From Raillietiella orientalis (taxonomy: Eukaryota): 64,000 nt of DNA. Location of the stretch: contig JAYWIR010000071.1 of NCBI GenBank assembly GCA_036172245.1, forward strand, positions 248,001-312,000. The letters are read 5' to 3'. Within the stretch, counting starts at the first letter, position 1. Each line of letters starts with the position of its first letter. The notes under the pieces are model-generated. The model did not search any database and was not told where the DNA came from. It saw nothing but the letters and a program-made list of their open reading frames with translations. Made by a program: the position numbers and the translations under genes. Of this stretch, positions 39,001 through 49,493 are shown in pieces.

Positions 39001-42000
39001 CACTTCCGAGGACTCCCAGACCACCACGCTGTTCAGACCGTCCGGGCATGTCCGTCCAACACTTCAGCGTTCCATATTCTTTTTCTTCTACCATCACGGC
39101 TATTTTCACCCAATCACGCTGGGCGTTTATTGTAAAAAAATATTTACAAAAAAAGATAGAAGTCGTATGAAATGTAAAAATGGACCACCACGGAGGCAGA
39201 TGCATCGGAGGCGCTGCTTCTCGTGAGTAGCTTCCCGATGAGATCCACACAGGAACAGAAACAAAAAAAAAAAGAACACCAAAGTTCAGTGTAAAAAATC
39301 TTGGGGGGAAGGGACGGGATCACAGATTTCTTCCTGATTTCCTCAGCATCCTCCCGAGGATGTTGGCATCTTCCTCCTTTTGCTGGAAGAGCTTTGGTGG
39401 CCATCCTGTCGCCTTCCTCATGAAGGAGCAGGCAATTGCGATGACCTCACCGTTCGACCGGCCCTTTTCGGCGCAGCTTCTCGCCTCCACAGTCATCACA
39501 GAGCCGCAAGGGAAGCTGCAGGAGACATCGAGTCGCTCGCGAAGAGGCACCGCAAGACCTCTCTGCCGTTGTGCGTCGCGAGTGGGAGGGTCGCAGCGGG
39601 GCGTTCCCGGACGCTCAGGAGGGCAACGACTCAATCCAACAACAGTTGCGGAAAGGTTTCCCGTTCCCCGCACAGTCTGGGGCCGCGCTCCCCCTCGTCC
39701 AGAGGTGGGCTCGTGCGTTGCACAGGATCGCCCAGCGCAGCAACTGCATTGCCGAGTCCCACCACTTGAGGGGGAGCGTGGAGCTGTCCACAAACACTGG
39801 GGCAGTCTGCACCTCTTCTAAGCGAACGTCCAGAAGCTCTGCCCAGCGAAGAATTCCTCTGGGGAGAGCGGCGGTGGTACACGCGTCAGCCAGTTGACGT
39901 GCAGTCCAGCATCCCAACTTCTTCCTTTTCCCCGTGATCTCGCAGGATGCTTTCCATCTCGCAAGGCCATCGCCCTTTCCTCTTTGTTGGATCGTGTTGG
40001 CTGGAAGTGTCTAGAAGTGGGGTGCCCAGGTGGCTCTTCCTTGGGCAGTGAACGGGCAGGGGCTACGATAAATGGAGGGGAGTCACAGTAAGAAGGAGTT
40101 AGGAGGTGGACAGATGATGGAAACGTGCGTGGGCGTGCGAGTGCTGGCAGGAAGATAGGAACGAAAGTGGGAAACACAACAGCAAGGGTTTTGGTTCGTG
40201 ATGTGCTTGGAATTGCGTAATCTGAATTGCGTAAGGTGAGTCCCTGTGGCAGCATAGCCGCTTGGTCCACGACATGAGGTGTGGATGGAATCGAACCGGG
40301 ACGCTTTCTGTTCTTTCTTGCACCTCGCGATCCTTGTCCTTTTCCCGAGTTCGCGAATGCTGCCCGTGAATGGTGTCGGGTACTCTCTCTTTGGGAATCG
40401 ACCGGCCACGCTCGAAGTCTCCGTCTTCATTCCAAAAACCGTCGACACGGAGACTCCTCGCAGCAGCCTGTGTGGAAAGCGCGTGTTGCCCATGACTTTG
40501 GCTTTTGCGTAAGCAGCGGAATCCAACCCGTCTCGAGGTCACCACAGGCACGGGAAGGTGTCGTCTCCTCAGGCATGCTGGAGGGCACGCAGGCAGGCCG
40601 ACCCCGGAAGGATCGGACGGAAGCTTCCCGCGCTCAGTGGCTGTTATTTTCCGAGTTCACCGCAACAGAGAGCGCATCGGTTATCCTCGCGTGACTTTTC
40701 CCTCCGTGACCCGTCGTGTTTGAGGACAGGGTGTCGCTGTTGCCTGTGGTTACACCGTAGATTATGAGCCTTATCTACGCGTGTCAACTTTGGACGTTTG
40801 CCCGCATCTGAGGAAGTTTGCAAGTCAGCATGCAGGCCGTGTCAACAGCGCAGACCCCATAGCACGGGTCCAAGCGATCATATAGTGATCGGATTCGTCA
40901 TCTGTCGAGTTTCACGTGTACGTGCGCGTGAGTGTGTTTCTTGGTTACCTACCTGTGTTTGCTCCCGTCTTTTTGCCGTTGCACAGACTCTCTTCCTGTT
41001 TCTCGTTTTCGACTTCTCTTGATCTTTCGCAATGGGGTCTCCTCACCTCTTTGGTAGCAACACCCGGGCTTCTTCCTCTTTTTCGGCCTCCCTTACGCTG
41101 ATTCACCACCAGGCTTTGGAGAGTCTATTATAAAAAAAAGTAAACCTTCAAGTGTAGGGTCATCAGCCCTACAACGTCCGAAAACGTTTGGAACCTGCCG
41201 AGTAACCGGCGCGCAGGTCGGCGAGGTTCGCCTCGGCAGCGGTGGGACAAACGAAAATAAAGATAGAAGTCAATAAAAAAAAAAAAAATGAAGACTCTAG
41301 GGTGTACGGGAAGGGATCGCCGCCCGCTTGGGGGGGCCTTCAGCACGAAGAGGCGCTTCATCACGTCCTTGGGATTGTCCGTCGGTGCGCCAAGGGCCGC
41401 TGCCTAACGCAACCACAGGGGCCAGAGGGCAAAGCAGTCTACGAGCAGGTGAGGGAGCTGGGATTCCCGTTCTCCGCACCTGCATCAGCTGGGGTCCACA
41501 GCCCCCCAGGTCCAATGAGAGCGGCGAGCGTTGCACGGGAGGCCCCAGTTCAACACCAGAAGTGCCGGCTCCTGCCACACCAGCGGGAGGGACAGCGGCT
41601 ATTCCTCCCGCTGGTGGTGCAGGGCGTTTGGATGGTACTGTGAGATTTTGATGCCCGTGGGGTCGCGTTTCTTTTGCCCCTCGCTCGTGAATGTTGAATG
41701 GACTCGCGCGCTCCCATTCCGCGTAGCTTCTCCCCCCCTCCTCCTCCCACTGTTGTTGGGCAGGCATTCGCGTTTTCCCCTTTTCGTGCAGCACGTAAGG
41801 AGCGAGCGGGCAGCGCGCTCTGATCTCCTTCCGCACGTGGCTCTTGCCACCCGTTGCTGGGTAGCCTCGTCCGCCCCCGTCGCGAGGAGCGCCTACGAGG
41901 CTCATGCGCTTCTTTCGCTCTGCCACCATCCTCCGCGGGAAGATGGCAAAAAGGCGACGGGGAACTGTGTAGCAAGTGCGGCGATTCGGTGGTATCTGGC

Positions 42001-45000
42001 GAGTTGGAAATTTCCCGTTTGCTTTTGCGATCGGCGGCTGCTCGGGCTCGAGATGCGGATCTTGGAATGTTGAAGCGTTCCATCTCGGGAGACTTGACCA
42101 TCTTTTTGTTATTGTTTCTTTCGGCCAGCGCTTCTGGCGACGGATGCTTGCCGGGTAACTTGGCAGTCTTGGTCTAACATCCGGGTGCGCCGGGGCGTTT
42201 ACTATAAAAATAACAAACAAACCTGTGTAGGACCATCGGTCCTACAGCGTCCAAGAATTTTCGGAACCTGCCGAGTGACCGGCACGCAGGCCGTCGAGGT
42301 TCGCCTGGACAGCGGAAGGGCGAACAAAAATAAAAATAAAACAAAAAAGACTACACACAGAGAAAAATGGGAAGGTTGGGGAAGGGATCGCTGCCTGCCG
42401 AAGGGCGTCCTCTGTATCCTTTCCAGGATGGCAGCAAGTTCCATCCGAATATGCCCAGGTGGGGCCATCTTGCTGCCTTCTCCAGGAAGCGCAGGGAGAA
42501 GCAGATGGCGTTCCTCTCGTTCCGTCCTCCTTTCGCGTAGCTCCAGGCCGCCGCAATCCCGCGTAGACAGCAAAGAGCTGCTAAGGATGCGGCAGGCAAA
42601 AGGGCATCGCTGACGAAGAGGTGGGCAGGTCTCGGTGTTGCACATGCGCCGGAATGTGGGTCAGCCGTCGCTGGGACCATTGCGTTGCAGATTCGCCCGT
42701 GCCCAGCTGAAGGGCCGCAGTGAACACCAAGCCTCCACGGGAGCAGAAGGCAGCGACGATTGATGCGCCTGTCCTTCCGTGCGGCGGCGCCACTGTGTCT
42801 TCGCCATGCGGTTCGGCGTCGGCGGCACTGGCCGGGGTGGCAGACGTCTGGTTGCGGAGGAGGAGGAAGGGGGAGGGGCAACGGAAAAACAAAAGCGAGG
42901 CGATGTGCGCTCTGCTTTAGGCCGCGCCCAGACAGCCCTTGCGGTCAGACCCGTGGCGGATAGCTGGTGAGAAGACCCGTGTTACGTGAAGCAGGGAAGT
43001 CCAGCGTGGCTCCCGAAGGGGGCGAGACTCAGGAGGTCAGCGCAGCTGCTGCTTCCAAGAGGTGGCTTGCCACGGTTGGTTTCGTGGCACCAAAGGTCCC
43101 GGACTTGTCCCTGGGGGTCCCGTGGTAGCCGTCTCTCGCTCCAGTCGGACTGCGGCGTTCCCTTCCGCTGATCCGCCGGATTTCCCGTTTGGGGTTTCGA
43201 TCACATCAACCAGAGAACACCATCGCCTCGGAGAAGCGGCTCGTCCGTGGTTCCCGTCCGCGGAAGCGCGAGCGTTTTGACTCAAGGGGAACAAGAGATT
43301 GTTGAGCGCCCTCCCGGGTCGCGGCCCGACCATGCAGGAGTGAGGGTCTCCTCCGTAGCACCCTGCGACGGACGACCGAGAAATCATGGAGGACTGCTCG
43401 CCGACCGCAGATTCCGCTGCCATCTTCCTGGTCTCCACCCGTGACCTGAGGCGCTCGAACGGGAAGGAGAAGCCGGTGGCTTCACCTTCCCGTTGAAAGA
43501 GCGGTGCCCTCGGAAACCCCCGAGGGCCCTCTTCGCACCTGGGGAGGAATCCCCCGTTCCTTCTCGCGCCGTTTTTCACCCTGCGACCCGGTTCGCGCGG
43601 CGGGAGCGACCGGTCGGCGAAATCGGCAGCACTGGAAGGGCGGACGAGAGAGCAACGCGTGGATGTGTCAAGGGTCAAGGTGAAAGCCTTCTCTCGCGCG
43701 GCTCTGCATGCAGGGAGACCAGCAGCTCTCTCTGCTGCCCGGGCGAGACAGCAGCAGGCCCTCCAGCCGCCATCTGGTTGGCACCCTCCCCTTCATCCCC
43801 CGGGGTGGTGATGATGGAGTCGGCAACCTCGGTGACTCCCGCCCACACCCTCTCCATGCGACTCGTGGGGAGCAGGGAATTGGGACGAAGGATCTTCGAT
43901 TGTTCGGCACCGTTCGGGGAAGAACTCCCAGAGGCAGGGTCGGAGAGGGTCCGATGCCTGCCGGGAAAGTTGCGTTCGCGCCGGGAGGTCTGCGCTCACC
44001 AGGGGGGAGGGGCAGCGTGGACGGGAGCGCGGGCCGCTCGGGAGATTTCGGTCGCGGGACCTCCTCGGGCTCCTATCGTCACCACTCCGAAGGGATGGGT
44101 AAGTGACGGGTGCGTTTGTTTCCCCTCCCCCCCTCCAACCATCGCTCCCGGGGGCACACTCCGTACCTCCGGTCGCCCTCCCGCGCGTTGCCGGCGAGCG
44201 GTCGCCGAGATCACGGCGACAGCGGCCCCCCGCGCTTAGCAGCAGGTTCTGTTGCTACGCGCGACCGTGCCCGTCGCCTTCGAGACGGCGTGAACTTCAC
44301 CATTTCCCCTGACCTCGAGCAGGAACGGAGTGCGGAAAATGACTTTCCCCTCCTTCCCGTGAGAAGCGGTGGGGGAGGGTCTCCTAGTCAACCGGAAGGT
44401 GAGGGCTGGCGGCGACGGGAGCGTTCCAGCAAGACCCGGGGGAACACGACGTCTTCGCCGCGCCCCTTCACGCGCTCCGGCACTCCCCCATCCGGCACGA
44501 CGGAGGGCGGGGGGATCCTGGTGCGTGCTTTCTGACCTGGAGGAGGAGCGCGGCGAAGGGTTTAGGGTGGACCTCCCACCCCCGCCTGGCCAGAGAAGGA
44601 CGAGCGGGTGCCCCCAGACCTTTCTGCCCGGAAGGGTGTGCGCGCGGAAGTGGAGGGGGAGGGGCGGAGAAAGCTCGCGCGGGGGCGCGGTAGCGGGGCT
44701 CCTGGGTGACCCATGTGCGCGACCTCTGCCGGCCTTCAACGCTCCCTGCCGTTCCAGGGGAATACCGGAAGGAGTACGAATTCCTGCCGCACACCGTTAT
44801 CGTGAATACGGGCTACGGGAAGATCCAAGGATTCTACGCGTACCTATGGGACGGCCCCCGGGTTCCCTTCGGCGATCGACCAGGAAACACCCCGGTCCCC
44901 AAGCTGCAGAAGAACATCAGCGTTTTCCTGGGGATCCCCTACGGCGAGCCCCCGGTGGGGGAGTTCCGGTTCCAGGTAAGCGGACACGGGGAGGACGAGG

Positions 45001-48000
45001 AGGGAGGGGTGCATATGTCGGGAAGCCTCGCTTCCGAAAGGAAAGAGAAGGGGAGAGCGTCTCCCGGGGGTCATGTGACCCTTCCGAATCTTTTGCAGCC
45101 CCCCAGACCCAACCGCGGGTGGCAGCTGCTCCAGGCGACCGACTATGGCCCGGCGTGCCCGCAGCCCGTGCGCTTCACGGGCTCTACCAAGCGCATCCGG
45201 GAGACCGACGAGGACTGCCTCTTCCTGAACGTCTTCACGCCCACAGTGAGTAGGGGAGGAGGGTCTCCTGGAAGGGGGGAGGACGTCGTTAGCAGACGTC
45301 CCTTTCCTTCCCTCGTACGCCTGGCTCCTCCCACCACCCTCCTTCTCTCCTTGCAGACATCCAGCACCGTTCTCGACCTCTACCCGGTCATCGTCTACAT
45401 CCACGGTGGACACTTCCAGAAGGGTGCTTCCAGTCAGTTCCCCCCGCACCAGCTGGTCGCCTGGCACGACCTGGTGGTGGTCACCATCAACTATCGCCTG
45501 GGTGCGCTTGGTAAGCGGCGGGAGCCGGCTACGGGTGGGGGAGGGGGGCATTCGACCCTTATGGGTTTTTGGAGCGGCTCGGAGGGTGCTCGCCGGCTGT
45601 GCGGCCCAGTTTCCAGGGAGCCGGGTCGGACCTCGATGAGCGCGCGCCCCTCGAGCAGCGGTCAGCCTCGGGACCGGATCTCTCGCCCCGATGCGCCATC
45701 TCCATGGCGCCACCCCGCGGGAGAGAGGGCGCACGGAGTAGGTAGTGCGAGATGATGCCGGGACGTGCGCTCCTTGGCTCTTTGGGGACCGGACGCACCC
45801 CCCCCCCCTTCCCATGATTTCTGTCGCTCGCGCGACGCTGCTGCCTTTTCCGCCTGAAGGTTTCCTGAGCACGGCGGACGAGAACTCCCCCGGCAACTAC
45901 GGCATGCTGGACCAGGCCCTGGCCATCAAGTGGGTGCACGAGAACATCCACGTCTTCAACGGCAACCCGGACCGCATCATCCTGATGGGCGAGGATGCGG
46001 GCGCGGTCAGCGCCGGCCTGCACATGGTCTCCCCGAAGGCGGCGGGCTTCGTGGCCGGTGTCATCGCCCTGGTGAGTCCCGCGACCGCGGCTCCTCTTGC
46101 CCCCTATCCCCTACCCCGCGAGGGGGGACGAGACCCTCGGCGGATCGAGTCGTTCCGGAGGGGGCCGCGCATGCAACTCGCTGCGCGCAGATGGTCCATG
46201 GTCGCGCTTCCGGGGCACCGGAGAGAGAGAGGGCCTGACTCTCTCCGCCCCCCGCTCCCCCCCAGCAATGCTGACCCTGCTCGTGTTTGAAGGGAGGGTC
46301 TGCTCTCGCCGACTGGGGGTACACCGAGGACCACTACCACGTGCAAAACACCAGCATGGTGTTCGGCCGCACCATCGGCTGCACGACGGACTCCTTCGCC
46401 AAGATGGTGGACTGTCTGAAGCAAGGCCGGTCGTCCCAGGAGTTAGGCAACCACGAGATCCAGGTAACGCCGAGAGGCAGCGGAACCCTCCCGGAACTCC
46501 GGGGGCCATCTCTACCCCCCCCTCCTCCTCTCAGCCCGACCTGGGAACGTTTCCATGGACGCCCGTCGTCGACGGGAACACCAGGGTCCCTAGCGGGAGG
46601 ACCGACATCACGGACCTGGACTGGCGGTTCCTGCCAAAACCACCAGGGGCGCTCCTGGCCGAGCGCAGCCTCGACAAGTTCCCCTACATGACCGGGTTCA
46701 CCAAGGACGAGGCCTCCTACCTGCTGCGTAAGTTCTCTGCGCCGCAGCCGCAGCCGCACGCCCGCGGGCTCTGCCTTCGCCGGATGCGCTCGCGGGCGGA
46801 CGCGGAGTCGTGCGGGAAAGCCTCGCTCCCGCGGCGTTGCCTGGAGGACGGACAGACGGATGGACGCCGCGGCCAAGGGCGGCGCCTTCGGAGTCGCCAA
46901 CTCATCACTGACTGACTGTTGCGCGCTGAGACATGCCTATCCGGGCTTCCAGAAGCCCCCCAGCGATCTTAGCAACAGCCGTCCGCATTCAGTGATGCGC
47001 CCATCTTTGTGTAATGCAGCGTCGTGGGGGTGAGGGGTGCCCCCACGCACGTGCGTGGCCTTCCCCGGGAGCGGTCGGGGAGGGAAAGGCGTGCGATGGG
47101 CGTCGCGACCCCATTTCTGCTGGAATTCTCTCGGGAGGCGGGTCGCAGAAGGAAGCCTCGGTGGCCGGCCGCCATGAAGCAACTCGTGGCGACGCGGCGC
47201 CGGCCAAACCTCTTCAGGAGACTCGTGGCTGCAGATCGAGGCAAGCGCCCCGTCCCCCGTCAACATGTCTGGACCACACGCGCGCAAAGTCGGACTCGTG
47301 GCCAGCGAGCGCAGCGAGGCGAACAGATTGCTGGGCCGGTCAAACGCCCTTGCTGGCGGGGTGCGCGGGTTGTGTTGGCGTTGGCAGCGTGCATCCGCCC
47401 TCTGCCCGGGCTCCTGTTAACATGAAATTTGCAAATTTCAGTTGAAAACAAAAAGCTTGCCCCTAATTACGAAGTTACAGAACCGTTTTTTCGGGGCCAG
47501 GTTTTACATTGGATAAAGCAATATAACTATACACAGAATGCTAGAGGGATTTACGAAGCGATTCGGTTTATGTACACGTACTGGCCGGATCCCGACAACG
47601 CGTCCTACCTGCGGCAGAAGTACATCGACGTGAGTGGCCGATCTCCTGGGGGTTTGGGACCGATCCCTTGCATTCCAGTTCCTCTCGGACTCGCTGTATC
47701 GAGCCCCGATCGACAGAATGGTGAAGCAGCTGCTGCTGCGAGGCTGCCGGCCCTACGTCTACCACCTGAACACCACGGTGCGGGGGTTCAATCTGCAGAC
47801 ATGGCGCAGAGTGCCGCACAACTTCGAGTATGTTTTTGTGACGGGAGCACCATTCATGGACAAAGGTAACCAGAAAACAAGCGGGAGGGAGACATTGCCC
47901 ATGTGATCACCTTAAAAGAGTTCTACCCCTCCGAGTGGCAGCTGGAGAAACGCTTCTGGGAAGAAGCAGACCGCAACATGAGCGAGGCGTTCCTGTACAT

Positions 48001-49022
48001 GATCGCGAACTTTGTACGATACGGGTCGGTGGCTGCTCCTAAATAATGCTTATTTTCGAAATCGCATTCAAGACAGCCTACGCCCGTGCAGGTACACGGC
48101 ATCAACTGGGAGCACGCGGAAGTCGGCCAACTGCGGTATCTAAACCTCAACACCACCCTCAATTCCAGCATGAGAACCAACTACTGCCAGATAGAGAACG
48201 CCTTCTGGAGCGAGTACTTGCCCGCAGTCGTTGGCTACGTTCTTCCCATTTACCCACCCAACTTTGGGGTGAGTACCGCCGACCCACGCTCCCTGTAGCA
48301 ACAGTTTTTTAATTCGCCAGAGCTGGTGGCAGCTTAAGGAACCCATCCAGATCGGATTCTGGACCATTTGCATCATCAGTCTAGTGCTGCTTGTGCTGTG
48401 CGTTCTGTGCTGTTGTATGTGGCAGGCATCCGAGAGGTGAGTGAGCGCAGCGAGTTCCCTCCTGTCTTGGCGTTGCATTCTAATCGGAGGCCTCAGGAAC
48501 CGAAAACGACTGTACAAGCACTACGAACCAGGTGCATTCGTGATGAGGAACCAACCGAAAGAGGAACCAAAGAATCCACCCACCAAGGAGATGCCACCAG
48601 CTTACTCTCCTGGCAGCAACAAAGTAATGACTGTATCGACCAAGAGCAGTGACCACCCATACCCTCTGGGCCGGCGATACAATTCCGCGATGCAGATCAA
48701 CGCTGCAAGCGAGAAGGCAGCCTCGACTGTTGGAGACAACAATAGTCCCCGTAGCTCGCGCAGCACTACAACAGGCAGCATGCGCCCCACATCCACCATC
48801 CCAAGCTTCCCATCAAATGAGAGACTTCTTCTAGAGACGGACTTCTTTGGAAGTTTGGGTGGCAGCAGTTTGAAGACACCTGCTGGGAAGCAGCCAGCCA
48901 CTGTCCAGAGCAGGCTCCAGCAGTCTCCCGCAATGCGCAATGGGTGCACTAGATCTCAGGATGCATTGCAAGTGCTCTGCAATGGGAGATCACAGTATGT
49001 GACCCAGTCCACGAATGTGTAG
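36028..49022 (+). CDS. Non-catalytic carboxyl/cholinesterase-fold type I membrane protein (neuroligin/gliotactin-like adhesion molecule)
   Basis: Exons 36028-36427 (signal-peptide-like start; joined in phase 1 across an 8.3-kb intron), 44758-44975, 45099-45245, 45357-45510, 45860-46071, 46293-46463, 46535-46727, 47442-47629, 47679-47865, 47919-48024, 48073-48268, 48321-48436, 48497-49022. Esterase-fold motifs FLGIPYGEPPVG, EDCLFLNVF, YIHGG, NYRLGALGFL and GNYGMLDQ are present. GEDAG replaces GxSxG. TM segment IGFWTICIISLVLLVLCVLCCCMW; C-terminal STNV resembles a PDZ ligand. Exon 1 is the least certain. Confidence 0.9.
39101..39920 (-). mobile_element. Decayed L1/Tx1-like retrotransposon 3' portion (copy 2)
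   Basis: Fragments LPLKWWDSAMQLLRWAILCNAR..PDC and CGERETFPQLLLD. The tail EARSCAEKGRSNGEVIAIACSFMRKATGWPPKLFQQKEEDANI aligns without gaps to copy 1 (14/43 identical by hand). It ends in AATAAACGCCCAGCGTGATTGGGTGAAAA. Confidence 0.7.
41101..41600 (-). mobile_element. Decayed, internally deleted L1/Tx1-like retrotransposon 3' portion (copy 4)
   Basis: Minus-strand translation LPLVWQEPALLVLNWGLPCNARRSHWTWGAVDPS*CRCGERESQLPHLLVDCFALW is a clear CCHC knuckle. Its 3'UTR is homologous to 42175-42410. Confidence 0.72.
42175..42880 (-). mobile_element. Decayed L1/Tx1-like retrotransposon 3' portion (copy 3)
   Basis: Fragments HGRICNA..ADPHSGAC..AHLFVSD and LAALCCLRGIAAAW..FLEKAARWPHL (compare copy 1 ATIGCIRDIITAR..KTAAKWSHL). 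Structured 3'UTR; terminal AGTAAACGCCCCGG-CGCAC-CCGG motif. Confidence 0.68.
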
Positions 49023-49493
49023 CAGTCAAAATGGAACTCAAGTTCAATATGAGCGAAGATAAATACAACACAGTACAAGGGTCTCTTTATTCACATGAGG
49101 ACAAGTACACCAAACAGCAAGTTCTTCAACAGCAAGTTGCACACACACACACATCCTGTTTCACCTTACTCTGATCCCAGCCAGAGTAGGGGACAATGTA
49201 TGTCCAACAGCCAACCAAAGGCTGTGAAACATGGGCCATAATTTCATATGATGCTACTGACCTTGCAGTAGACTGCATACACATCTTTATTATTACACAA
49301 TTTGTCCATCAAGTTATAATTTTCTCGAGTCTAGGTCATCCCGGTTCTTCTTACCTTCTTCTTACCCAAGTGTTTAACACATGAGTAATGACATTGGAGT
49401 CGTCTTGACCAGACGACCTACCTGCCATTTTTTTTGGTTTTTTATTTTTTTCTATTCCAGGGTGGCCAGAGAATTAAATTAACTTATCTTTGC

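Noticed and set aside
41195..41235. tRNA-like A/B boxes (TGCCGAGT..GGTTCG) on the plus strand
   Set aside because: The B box lacks the GGTTCGANNCC consensus and no cloverleaf forms; better explained as the antisense of the LINE 3'UTR hairpins.
41242..41643. Plus-strand peptide EEALHHVLG resembling an R2-type knuckle/endonuclease region
   Set aside because: The minus strand gives a much better CCHC knuckle matching three other copies.
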